Part shown: positions 9,986 through 18,671 of the stretch, piece after piece
Position numbering within the stretch: position 1 is the first letter of the stretch
Layout: each line of letters starts with the position of its first letter
Virus record (IMG/VR): IMGVR_UViG_3300027985_000286
Coordinates: 32,001 to 96,000 of that record
Strand: one strand, 5' to 3'
DNA length: 64,000 nucleotides
Source: a virus
Made by a program: the position numbers and the translations under genes
Notes under the pieces: generated by a model
Database searches by the model: none
Told to the model about the DNA's origin: nothing
What the model saw: the letters and a program-made list of their open reading frames with translations, nothing else

Positions 9986-10663
9986 TTAGTTTCGGATTAG
10001 GCTAGTAAACTCTTTTCTAGTACTCTCATTTTCAATGAAAGCACCGTTCAAAGATGTTGAAGTCGTCTCCGATCCAGCATCTTCAATACCCCTCGAAATC
10101 ACGCAATAGTGCTTCGCAGTAATAGACACTGCCACATCATTCGTATCAAGGATGTACTTGAGCGCCTCTGCAATCTGCACAGTAAGCCTCTCTTGAACCT
10201 GAGGCCTGCGTGAGAAGTAGTCCACAATGCGGTTAATCTTGCTCAGGCCAATCACCTTAGCCTTAGGGATATAGGCTACAGTAGCCTTGCCATCAATAGT
10301 AACACCGTGATGCTCACACGCAGACATCACCCGAATGCCACGCTCTACGAGCATCTCATCGTACCCCATCTTATTCTCGATGGTGGTACACTTAGGGAAA
10401 TACTCTGGCTTCAAACCCCAGAACAGCTCGTTGACGAACATCTTAGCAATTCGGTTGGGTGTATCCCTCAGAGAGTCGTCTTGCAGGTCCATGCCTAAGA
10501 TAGACCAGATTGACTTCATGTGAGCACGAATATCTTTAATCTTTTCCTCGTCATCACCTCTTAGATGAGTCTCGATGACAGGGGTTTGCAACTTGAGCTT
10601 TAGGAGGTGCTCTTGAACTCTGAGACCCAGCACCTCATCACACTTAGACTTATCCGGCTTCAT
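9986..10663 (-). CDS. folE: GTP cyclohydrolase I
   Basis: TPNRIAKM, SACEHH, GLSKINR, RRPQVQERLT, HYCVISRG. Confidence 0.95.
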   Translation of the reverse strand: MKPDKSKCDEVLGLRVQEHLLKLKLQTPVIETHLRGDDEEKIKDIRAHMKSIWSILGMDLQDDSLRDTPNRIAKMFVNELFWGLKPEYFPKCTTIENKMGYDEMLVERGIRVMSACEHHGVTIDGKATVAYIPKAKVIGLSKINRIVDYFSRRPQVQERLTVQIAEALKYILDTNDVAVSITAKHYCVISRGIEDAGSETTSTSLNGAFIENESTRKEFTSLIRN

Positions 10664-10686
10664 TCGGTTTCCTTAAAGGTAAGAAA

Positions 10687-10715
10687 GGGTGGTGTAGGAG
10701 ACTCCTACACCACCC
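10687..10715 (-). terminator. Intrinsic terminator of the GC-rich HTH gene
   Basis: Perfect inverted repeat GGGTGGTGTAGGAG-A-CTCCTACACCACCC followed by TTTCTT on minus strand. Confidence 0.75.
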
Positions 10716-10738
10716 AGCTTAGTTAACACCGGTGGGCA

Positions 10739-11275
10739 TCAGTAAGCCACACCATCTCGCATCTCATCCACAGTGTCCCGCACGTAGCTGGAGGCGAGGG
10801 CCTTGTTGCTGTTGAAGAGGTCCACAGCGGCCTTCTCGATGACCGCCTTCTCCGACTCCTTCACCTTCTCCATATCCGACCCAGCCTTCAGGAGGTCGGC
10901 GTCCATCATTTCCTTGACCATCCGGATGACGTCCCCCTTCTTGCTGGAAATCAGCGTGCGCTTCCGATACACGCTCTTGCCGTTACGATACTTGACCTCA
11001 CGGTCAATGTGCACCACGTTGCCGTCGCTCGGGGCCGGGGCCGGGGCCGGGGTGGTCACCGCCTCTTCGGGCTGGGCCGGGTCAACATCCACCAGCTTCA
11101 GGGCCGGCGCAGCCTGCGGGATGCCAGCCTTGGCCCACCGACGGGCGCTGGAGACCGAAACACTGTGCTTCGCGGCCGCAGCAGCCGGGCTCATACCGTT
11201 GGACATATCCGCGATCACCGCATTCTTCACCTTCATGTCAATTGCGTTCGAGTTCATGTTGTTACTCCTTTCCAT
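10739..11275 (-). CDS. Putative HTH DNA-binding protein, GC-rich stand-alone transcription unit
   Basis: N-terminal MSPAAAAAKHSVSVSSARRWAK is HTH-like; PAPAPAP linker; G/C-ending codons dominate; own promoter and terminator. Confidence 0.55.
   Translation of the reverse strand: MERSNNMNSNAIDMKVKNAVIADMSNGMSPAAAAAKHSVSVSSARRWAKAGIPQAAPALKLVDVDPAQPEEAVTTPAPAPAPSDGNVVHIDREVKYRNGKSVYRKRTLISSKKGDVIRMVKEMMDADLLKAGSDMEKVKESEKAVIEKAAVDLFNSNKALASSYVRDTVDEMRDGVAY
11031..11052 (+). repeat. (GGGGCC)3GGGG tandem repeat encoding the PAPAPAP linker
   Basis: Read directly from the sequence. Confidence 0.85.
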
Positions 11276-11319
11276 TGTCTAGTAGTGTTCTGGCCCTTGC
11301 CAGCGTGTTTTGTGTTTCC

Positions 11320-11356
11320 ACAGTATGAATAATACTGTCTTTTAGATATCTTGCAA
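11320..11356 (-). promoter_or_regulatory. Early-type promoter with overlapping inverted repeat
   Basis: (CC)TTGCAA-N16-TATTAT on minus strand; ACAGTAT-N5-ATACTGT at 11320-11338 covers the -10 box. Confidence 0.5.
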
Positions 11357-11400
11357 GGCTTTTCTGCACAAGAGTTTCTTATGAGAATGATAAATTTTAC

Positions 11401-12282
11401 TTATGTCCCCCAGCTGTTCCCGAACAGGTCAATGTGAAGCCTGGGGCTGTACCGGTAGCCATACTTCATTGCAAGGTTAGCCACAGTGGTTGAATTCTTG
11501 ATGTAGTCTTCATAAGTACCACCAACAGGCATCAGGTACACCGGTACGCTAAACGGTAGTTTGGCATATTCCATGAACTCGCCAACCTCGAACACATCTT
11601 GTTCATCCTGAACAACGAACTTGAGAACTGGTTGTGCTCCGGATTCAAACAACGTATTGACCGCATCGTAAGACCATGCCTTCTCCCTACTCTCTCCAGA
11701 TGCTCTCATCTTCGGTGAGATTGACAGTGTGATGCAATCTAGGTCAATAAGGCTCCCTCCGGCGATTAGAGCACCGTTAACACACCAAAAGTCCGACGGC
11801 CACGCTTGCGTGCCATTCGTCTCAAACGTGATATGCTGAAGTCCGTTCTCACGACAGAGTATGTCAATCGTCTCTAACAGACCTTTAGCGTTCTTCTGAA
11901 GCAGAGGCTCCCCGCCTGTAATAACAAGGTGCGTGTTCTCGTCAAACTGCTCATCAAAGAACAGTCCCCCGTTCACCTCAACAATCTTATATGCTAACTC
12001 CTTAGGGGTCATCTCAGTGCTCATATGCTTGAAACGCTTATCCCAAGCAGCGTAGCTATCACACCCAGTCTTGACAAGAGGAAGATCTTTGATGCTACCA
12101 TATTGATAAAATAGAGCAGCTACGGAGTCACGTTCCTTGGACTTCTGACCTTCAGGCATGCCAAACCCTGCGCACTGAAGATTGCATCCAAAGAGGCGCA
12201 CAAACACCGAAGGAGTGCCTACATGCAGGCCCTCACCTTGAATAGACTTGAACACCTCAACAACAGTTAGATTGCTGCTCAT
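11401..12282 (-). CDS. queE: QueE 7-carboxy-7-deazaguanine synthase (radical SAM)
   Basis: EVFKSIQGEG...PSVFVRLFGCNLQC...GCDS, VITGGEPLLQ, FETNGT, SISPK, RLHIDL; likely start MSSNLTVV at 12282. Confidence 0.92.
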   Translation of the reverse strand: MSSNLTVVEVFKSIQGEGLHVGTPSVFVRLFGCNLQCAGFGMPEGQKSKERDSVAALFYQYGSIKDLPLVKTGCDSYAAWDKRFKHMSTEMTPKELAYKIVEVNGGLFFDEQFDENTHLVITGGEPLLQKNAKGLLETIDILCRENGLQHITFETNGTQAWPSDFWCVNGALIAGGSLIDLDCITLSISPKMRASGESREKAWSYDAVNTLFESGAQPVLKFVVQDEQDVFEVGEFMEYAKLPFSVPVYLMPVGGTYEDYIKNSTTVANLAMKYGYRYSPRLHIDLFGNSWGT

Positions 12283-12790
12283 CTTTCTTCTCCATATACT
12301 TTTCCATGAACTCTTCGTAGCGGATAGACATTGTAGCATGGTACTCACGAGGGTTCATATTACACTTTACTGATGGCTTGCTTGAGTTCGTCAACCCTGC
12401 CGATAGGGTGAAAACCTTCTGCCTACTATGACCTGCTCCCCTACCAGACCAGTACACTACTTCTATGAGTTGCGTCTTGTCTTTATTTAGAATCCTGAAG
12501 ATCTCAGAATCGTTAACTCTAAGGAGTGCAGTACACCTAGCCATCACTTCGATTTGTTTCTGCTTGGGTAAGCAAGACTGCTCTGTGGGATATACCTTGA
12601 TTGTTGAGCCGTCAACAAGGTTGAGGTAATCTGTAAGGCCACCAACAGGACAGTTGGTGTTAGCGTCAATGGTTACGCAGTAGTAACCTGTCTGCTTGTT
12701 TGATTCCTGAATGAATCCAATGCCATCGAAAGCATAGTACAGTTCTGGATATAGAGTTCGTTTCTGTCTAATAGCAACAACTCTTGTCAT
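12257..12790 (-). CDS. Hypothetical protein
   Basis: 177 aa ORF co-oriented, with RBS, overlapping the queE start. Confidence 0.6.
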   Translation of the reverse strand: MTRVVAIRQKRTLYPELYYAFDGIGFIQESNKQTGYYCVTIDANTNCPVGGLTDYLNLVDGSTIKVYPTEQSCLPKQKQIEVMARCTALLRVNDSEIFRILNKDKTQLIEVVYWSGRGAGHSRQKVFTLSAGLTNSSKPSVKCNMNPREYHATMSIRYEEFMEKYMEKKDEQQSNCC

Positions 12791-12824
12791 ATCGCAAACT
12801 CCTCATCAATAAAAAGAGGGGGAG

Positions 12825-13178
12825 TTAATCCTCCCCCAAACCTTCTTCGTCGTCATCAAACTCGTCGTCTTCGATGTCGCTGACCTCGATGTCGTTCAGC
12901 TCTTTGAGCGTATCCTCGTCATTGAGATCATCATCATCAACATCAACACCGTAATACTCACTCATGTATTCCTGCATGAAATCCAGATCTTGCCAGTAAG
13001 AGCTAGCAATCTCCTTACCATCCGAATCCGCAAGAACCAAGCAGTAGCTCTGAGTCTCGTTGCTGAAGTAAACGTTGAAATACTCTGCCTTATCGATCTG
13101 CTCGTCAGTGAACGGTGGCTGGACTTCTCCATCCTCTGCCATACGAACGAACGTCATGTACTCGTTAAGTTTCAACAC
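12825..13178 (-). CDS. Hypothetical highly acidic protein
   Basis: 117 aa, D/E-rich C-terminal half, GGAG RBS. Confidence 0.65.
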   Translation of the reverse strand: MLKLNEYMTFVRMAEDGEVQPPFTDEQIDKAEYFNVYFSNETQSYCLVLADSDGKEIASSYWQDLDFMQEYMSEYYGVDVDDDDLNDEDTLKELNDIEVSDIEDDEFDDDEEGLGED

Positions 13179-13208
13179 TGTCTTTTTCTCCTATGGTGAA
13201 CGTCTTAT

Positions 13209-13727
13209 TTACACCTTATCACCAACGTAGAAAAGACCATCAGACTCCAGGTCAGGAGTAAAGAACGTTTCCTTGCTCTTAAGGAATTTGCCGGCAGGGA
13301 AGAACTTACCGTTGTCGTCGGTATGATCCTTCACTACACGTAGAGCATACGCAGATTTCTTTTTGAACTCCACCGGGAAGATTATGCAGTCCACACCATG
13401 CTTGAGCTTGTACGTCTCAGCTGTTCGGTAAGCGCACTCGTAGGTAGGACACAGCTTGCTCATGTTACTATCAAAGACTCGACGCATCCCTTCATCGGCG
13501 TCCATCCCCATAACATACGCAAGGCCATAAGCAACAACCAGGAGGTCCAAGCACCCGTCTGCCATCTCCTTGATATCCTTTTTCTCGAAACCCTCAAAGA
13601 CCTCTCCAGCTTCCTCTCGGATGAGGTCTACGTACATCGAAACCGGACCCCAGTCCAGATTACGAACGTCCCCTCTCACATTGCCAAACACCTCGTTCAT
13701 TACTGCAACATCTGAAAAGTTGCTCAT
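13209..13727 (-). CDS. MazG-like (all-alpha) nucleoside triphosphate pyrophosphohydrolase
   Basis: LIREEAGE, EMADGCLDLLVVAYG, VFDSNMSK. Confidence 0.85.
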   Translation of the reverse strand: MSNFSDVAVMNEVFGNVRGDVRNLDWGPVSMYVDLIREEAGEVFEGFEKKDIKEMADGCLDLLVVAYGLAYVMGMDADEGMRRVFDSNMSKLCPTYECAYRTAETYKLKHGVDCIIFPVEFKKKSAYALRVVKDHTDDNGKFFPAGKFLKSKETFFTPDLESDGLFYVGDKV

Positions 13728-14203
13728 GCTCCACCTTCCTTGCGAGCCCGAGCCTTATCAGCTCGCATCATATACTTGGGTTTCAGAGACCAATTCTTCT
13801 TGTCTGCGTAACTAAGAATCTTGATCATACCCAAGTGCGATACATTGGACTCAGCGTCCGCCTTATCGATGAGTTCACACAGTCCCCATTCCTCTAGAAG
13901 AAGTGCGATACGGTTGCGCCGTCCGTAGTCTTCATGCGTCATGGTGGACGGGCGACCATCCTGAGCAAACATTTCCTTGAAGTGCAGGATTGCGTACTCA
14001 CCCTGGCGATGCAGGATGTGGCAACTCTGCCAAAGCACGCTACCCTTTGCAGGCACGCCAATTCGGGTAAGAGACTCCCTGATCTTGTTGAAGTCTTCGT
14101 GGCTCTTCAGCTTGATTCGAATGCCATCGCCGTCAAACACATCGGTTTCAATTCCTTCAACTTCCGCCAGAAGGGTACCGTTGTTAGTCGTATCAGAACT
14201 CAT
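13724..14203 (-). CDS. regA: RegA translational repressor
   Basis: DFNKIRESLTRIG, LWQSCHILHRQG, HFKEMF, RRNRIALLLEEWGL; follows gp62. Confidence 0.93.
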   Translation of the reverse strand: MSSDTTNNGTLLAEVEGIETDVFDGDGIRIKLKSHEDFNKIRESLTRIGVPAKGSVLWQSCHILHRQGEYAILHFKEMFAQDGRPSTMTHEDYGRRNRIALLLEEWGLCELIDKADAESNVSHLGMIKILSYADKKNWSLKPKYMMRADKARARKEGGA

Positions 14204-14610
14204 TTTACTCTGCCTCCAACGTTCATTCTCTGCTTAATGTCGTCAATTTGCTCTTTAGTTAAAACCTTAAGAGCATCAACTGCCTTTGCCTTACTGTAAC
14301 CGTAATAACGCATAACAACGTCCAAATCATCGTATGCTGACTTTTTAGCCCACTTTCCTCTGCGTCTCTTCGACCGGATTGAGTTAAAAAGGTAGTCGAA
14401 GTGCATCTGCTTACTTACCAAAGGATGCTTATTCATCTCATTGGCATACAAGATCGTATCTACGTGTTGACTCAAAGCTTGCACGATGATAAAAGGATCG
14501 TAGGTCCTAACGTTGTCTTCTCCGTTTTCGCCCCTAGTAGCATCAACCTTAGTAAACGTAATCGAGTCTAGGATCTCAAACAAGTCAGCCACGTTAAGCC
14601 TTCCACTCAA
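14200..14610 (-). CDS. 62: Clamp loader small subunit (gp62)
   Basis: YDPFII...ANEMN...MHFDYLFNSIR..R, YYGYS..KA; synteny 45-44-62-regA. Confidence 0.9.
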   Translation of the reverse strand: MSGRLNVADLFEILDSITFTKVDATRGENGEDNVRTYDPFIIVQALSQHVDTILYANEMNKHPLVSKQMHFDYLFNSIRSKRRRGKWAKKSAYDDLDVVMRYYGYSKAKAVDALKVLTKEQIDDIKQRMNVGGRVK

Positions 14611-15550
14611 CAGAGGCCATTAAGGAAACCGCTAGGGCAACCAAATGAACCTCCTTGCTTGGAACAATACCATCAAACCGTTGGTACTCTTCAAGGGTCA
14701 AGATAACCTCAGGAATTGACGAAGGCTTAACCTTCTCGTAGAGAACCTTATAGAGACCCTCGTAGATAGCAGACGTGTCGTACCCTGATGTGTCCGCTGC
14801 CCACTGTCGAATCTCTTTGAAGTCTCTATTCTTCATTAGCTCAACAAGCTTGTCAACGTTAGAACCTTTGAGTGCCTCAAGGATACCAACGTCAATTTTC
14901 CCGCTCTTAGCGTAGCTGTTAAGCTCTGTAAGGACCTTACGGTTATCGGGGAAATAACGCTGGATAACTGCAGCAACCACTTTCTTATCGTGCACAACAC
15001 CTTCCAGTTCCAGAATCTGGATAGTCCTCTTCATCAGCTGAAGAGCAAGCGGTGCTTTCTCAGTTGACGGGATTGAGAAATCAATCTGCTTCAACCGAGA
15101 GCGAAGAGGTTCGATAATAAGATTGGGATAGTTGCAGGTGAAGATAAAGCTACAGTTCTTGCTGAACTCTTCAATCGCAGACCTCAAGGCAGGCTGAGTA
15201 GAGTTCTTCTGTAGGTGGTCAGCCTCATCAAGGATTACAACCTTGCCGTTACCTGTTAGGCTGGTGGTAGATGCAAACTGCCTAATCTTGGTACGTAGTA
15301 CATCAATACCACTATCTTCTGATGCTGGAATAAACATCCAATCGCAGTCCAGCTCGTTACACAGAGCTTTCGCAGCAGTTGTCTTGCCAGTTCCCGGCGG
15401 TCCTGACAGAAGTAGATTGGGCATTCTACCGCTATCTACAATAGAGAGCATTAGCCCAGATGTTGCAGCTGGAAGGATGCAGTCTTTGATTGTTGCTGGT
15501 CTATACTTTTCTGTCCAAAGGTGTTCGTTTTCGTTAAATGAAATCGTCAA
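14594..15550 (-). CDS. 44: Clamp loader large subunit (gp44)
   Basis: LWTEKYRP, GPPGTGKTT, ILDEAD, PLRSR; likely TTG start at 15550 after GGGGAG. Confidence 0.95.
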   Translation of the reverse strand: MTISFNENEHLWTEKYRPATIKDCILPAATSGLMLSIVDSGRMPNLLLSGPPGTGKTTAAKALCNELDCDWMFIPASEDSGIDVLRTKIRQFASTTSLTGNGKVVILDEADHLQKNSTQPALRSAIEEFSKNCSFIFTCNYPNLIIEPLRSRLKQIDFSIPSTEKAPLALQLMKRTIQILELEGVVHDKKVVAAVIQRYFPDNRKVLTELNSYAKSGKIDVGILEALKGSNVDKLVELMKNRDFKEIRQWAADTSGYDTSAIYEGLYKVLYEKVKPSSIPEVILTLEEYQRFDGIVPSKEVHLVALAVSLMASVEWKA

Positions 15551-15602
15551 AACACATACTCCCCGCAATGTGCCCTCCCTGGCACTGTCCATCTCAACGC
15601 TA

Positions 15603-16307
15603 TTATACGTTGAATTCGCTGCTATCTGCAACAGCCATCACATAAACAATCGGCTGGTTTTTGTTGATAAAGAGCGCAATGAGAGAACCTTTACGCTTTG
15701 CGATCTTAACAGTATAGTCCCCACCAAGCATCTTGAGGTTGTCAGAGTCAAAGACAATCTTGAACACCTTATCAGACGAACATAGCTTAGTCTTGAATGA
15801 ATTGCCCTTGCTTCCTGTGTCCAACTTCACATCTAGCGCAGTAAATGAAATATCCGATCCGTCACCAACAAACGCAAGGTTAGGAAGCTTCAGTGTAGCC
15901 GACGCGCGATAAGCAGCAACAAGCTTATCGTTGCCCAAGTCAAACTCAACAAGAATCTCATCAGGTACCAGATCTCTATCGGAGAATCCAGTAATCATTC
16001 GCTCATCTGCCATGTGGTACTTAATGGCAAGCTCTCCCTTCTGGTCCTGAATTGACAGGAAATCGTCGTCGACGAACTCAATAAGAGGAGACTCGACCAA
16101 AGAAAGAACAGACAAGAGTTCCATAATGTCGTACACCACAAAGTTGCCCGGGAAGGCACCAACCTTTGCAGTGAGCATGAGGGTATTATCAGGGCTCTTA
16201 ACACGAAGAATATCAGAGTCCTTCTTAATCATCACGTTACGATGAATCGTGCCTGCATTTTTGAGAATATCAAACAGCTCTTTTGTTACCTTTACCTGAC
16301 TAGTCAT
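15603..16307 (-). CDS. 45: Sliding clamp (gp45)
   Basis: Size, synteny upstream of gp44, NLKMLGGDYTVKI motif. Confidence 0.85.
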   Translation of the reverse strand: MTSQVKVTKELFDILKNAGTIHRNVMIKKDSDILRVKSPDNTLMLTAKVGAFPGNFVVYDIMELLSVLSLVESPLIEFVDDDFLSIQDQKGELAIKYHMADERMITGFSDRDLVPDEILVEFDLGNDKLVAAYRASATLKLPNLAFVGDGSDISFTALDVKLDTGSKGNSFKTKLCSSDKVFKIVFDSDNLKMLGGDYTVKIAKRKGSLIALFINKNQPIVYVMAVADSSEFNV

Positions 16308-16326
16308 GTTTTCTCCAAACGTTGAA

Positions 16327-17586
16327 CTAAGCTACCTTGTGATACCTGGTGGTCTCAACCAAATCTTGCCTGATCACTTCCCCAGAAAACGGATTATACG
16401 CTACGAGCTTACCTCCATAAACAGCCCCACCGTCAATATTGGCCTTAACCTTGTCAATGTTCTCTACGTACTCCCAATGCCTATGGCCGTGCACCTGCTT
16501 CATATCAAACGAACGGAACCACTGGTGTTCGTCATCGAACATGATAGAAGTCCGACGATTAGAGACAGAAATCGGAAAAGTAATACACCCGTCAATAGAC
16601 GCGTTTGCGTCCATACCAGCATGAGTGATCAGCACAGAATCGCAACTGCCGTCCTTCATCAGAATGATGCTAGGAGGCATATGACCAATAATCAGGTCAA
16701 TGACACCCTCCTTGGTCATGATTGTGCTTTGCTCTAACTGACGGTGGGTGTACTCCCTAGAAACACTCCTACACACCTTATTCTGGGTGAGTTCCATCAA
16801 GAAGGAGTGCTCGTGGTTTCCCCGAACGCAATGCAGGTTGATGTCTTTCGAGGATTCCGGGAGCTCGACGTTGTCTTTAATGAACCTCAACATCTCAATA
16901 CTACCGTACCCGCGGTCAATAACATCCCCAGCGAGGATCACGTCCTTTGCTCCGACGTTTGCGAGCTTCTGCATCAACTCAAGAAACGTCTGATAGCAAC
17001 CGTGGACATCACCAACAACCCAAGCAGACCCGTTGGTTTGGACGATCTTCGTCCAGAAATTCTTTCCGTACTTCGTGAAGAAGAGATGAACAGAGTCGTC
17101 GAAGTTCTTCTCGTACATCTCCTTGGTTACAGTAAAAACTTCAATACCACTGGTGTACAGCCACTTATCGCTGCTCTGGAGCTTCGACACCGTTCCTTCA
17201 ACTACAGCCTTGGGCACGTAGAGCCCAAAAGTTTCGGCCCGTCTGCGAATGTTTCCCATAAGGTACTCAACATCTCGCACCCTGAAGTCAATCACGATCA
17301 ACCTTGCCCGGTAACGGTCAACAATCTTCTTGATCTCGTTAATACCTTTCGAAGTGGCAAAAGTCGCATCGATAACAGTGGGCGCCCCGCGAAGGAGCCG
17401 GCTCTCTAGGGCCTGGTTGATAAAACTGAACACCTCTTTCGAAGTGTCCTGGTCAGCACTGTTGCCACCAAGCATCACCCTCAAGGCATCGGAAGACAGA
17501 ATGATAGATGTAGGAAACAGTACTCTAGCAAGAGTACTCTTGCCGGACCCTTGAGGCCCTCTCATCAAAACCACAGTGTTTCTCAT
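16327..17586 (-). CDS. Polynucleotide kinase / metallophosphoesterase (Pnkp-type end-healing enzyme)
   Basis: GPQGSGKST P-loop, SSDALR, IDAT; C-terminal GDVHG, GDVIDRG, RGNHE, THAG, VHGH, IDGGAVYGG. Confidence 0.88.
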   Translation of the reverse strand: MRNTVVLMRGPQGSGKSTLARVLFPTSIILSSDALRVMLGGNSADQDTSKEVFSFINQALESRLLRGAPTVIDATFATSKGINEIKKIVDRYRARLIVIDFRVRDVEYLMGNIRRRAETFGLYVPKAVVEGTVSKLQSSDKWLYTSGIEVFTVTKEMYEKNFDDSVHLFFTKYGKNFWTKIVQTNGSAWVVGDVHGCYQTFLELMQKLANVGAKDVILAGDVIDRGYGSIEMLRFIKDNVELPESSKDINLHCVRGNHEHSFLMELTQNKVCRSVSREYTHRQLEQSTIMTKEGVIDLIIGHMPPSIILMKDGSCDSVLITHAGMDANASIDGCITFPISVSNRRTSIMFDDEHQWFRSFDMKQVHGHRHWEYVENIDKVKANIDGGAVYGGKLVAYNPFSGEVIRQDLVETTRYHKVA

Positions 17587-17590
17587 GATG

Positions 17591-18574
17591 TCACTCCATG
17601 TTAAATCCGAGGTACTTAACGTACTTCTGGAAGTTGGGCTGCTTTTCTAGCCACTCTTCAACAGAAAGTCCTTCGATGTTGTTCTTAGCGTCATTATACG
17701 CTGCTTCCAGCGCAGGAACAACTTCTTCCTCACAATTCAAAGGAACGCCGTTGTGCATATCCATGATAAGAGACTTTGCCTTGTGCTTTAACTCGCCATA
17801 CCAGTAATGACGCACAAACAAGAAAAAGCGAGTCTTCACCTTGAATACAACAAGGGGCTGGTCATCGGCGTCCTTCAAGTGCACTACCCACCCTTCGGTG
17901 TTTCTGTATCTCCGGAGCATGTTCAGGTATCCACCAAAACCCACCATATCCCCAAACGTTCTTCGACCATCAAAAACTACGCTCTTGGGGATGATAACCT
18001 CATCGTCAAAAACGCTGGTTCGGTAGTCAAGGTACCTGCCCGTAACCGTTTCACGGACTCCAATAAGAACAGCAGTGTCCAACACGTCGTGCCGGTTATT
18101 ACGCTCCAAGAAAGGGAACATGACATGAGGATCGTTCTTGGTATCCATAACCTCGAACATATAGGTGTGGTTCTTTCGCATACCGTTGTAATTACAGACC
18201 TTATCCAGCAAGACCCGGTCATTCAAGGTCATGTCAGTCCCTGCACTACCCTTGTTGGTATTGATCCACTGACCTTTATGATTGAAGACAATGGACAAAT
18301 GACCATTGAACTTCTCATACGCCTCGAAGTAAGACCCAGGGTTTTCAAGGTGAATTCGAAGTAGGTTGGCCTCTTTAGTATTGTGCACCTCGTTGACGTT
18401 GAAGAACTTATCAAACGGGTTGCTTACGATGTCACCGTGCTTGTCGTAAACATGACCACGAGACTTAATAACCGTTGGAGTCCACAGTCTCTTGTAGAAG
18501 GCAGCCTTCGTGTAGCAGTGAAGCGTAAGATCTTCACCAAAAGGAACTTTCCTTACAACACGATTGGAGCTCAT
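17591..18574 (-). CDS. Rnl1-like RNA ligase
   Basis: SRG, PFDKFFN, EKFNG (motif I lysine), YMFE, EGWVV, FKVK. Confidence 0.85.
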   Translation of the reverse strand: MSSNRVVRKVPFGEDLTLHCYTKAAFYKRLWTPTVIKSRGHVYDKHGDIVSNPFDKFFNVNEVHNTKEANLLRIHLENPGSYFEAYEKFNGHLSIVFNHKGQWINTNKGSAGTDMTLNDRVLLDKVCNYNGMRKNHTYMFEVMDTKNDPHVMFPFLERNNRHDVLDTAVLIGVRETVTGRYLDYRTSVFDDEVIIPKSVVFDGRRTFGDMVGFGGYLNMLRRYRNTEGWVVHLKDADDQPLVVFKVKTRFFLFVRHYWYGELKHKAKSLIMDMHNGVPLNCEEEVVPALEAAYNDAKNNIEGLSVEEWLEKQPNFQKYVKYLGFNME

Positions 18575-18671
18575 ACCGCCTCCTTAACGAAACATGGTCG
18601 CAGAAATCGCAAAGATTGCGATCAGCAGAGCGGCCAGACCTGCGGTAGCGAGGCGGCAAAGGGAAAACGGC

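Noticed and set aside
10803-11332. Plus-strand ORFs in the GC-rich cassette
   Set aside because: High GC suppresses stops; promoter, RBS and terminator all support the minus-strand gene
12283-12348. Longer N-termini given by the ORF track for queE (also gp44, dCMP deaminase, gp5, gp14)
   Set aside because: Extensions overlap upstream genes and precede the conserved start; downstream starts were used
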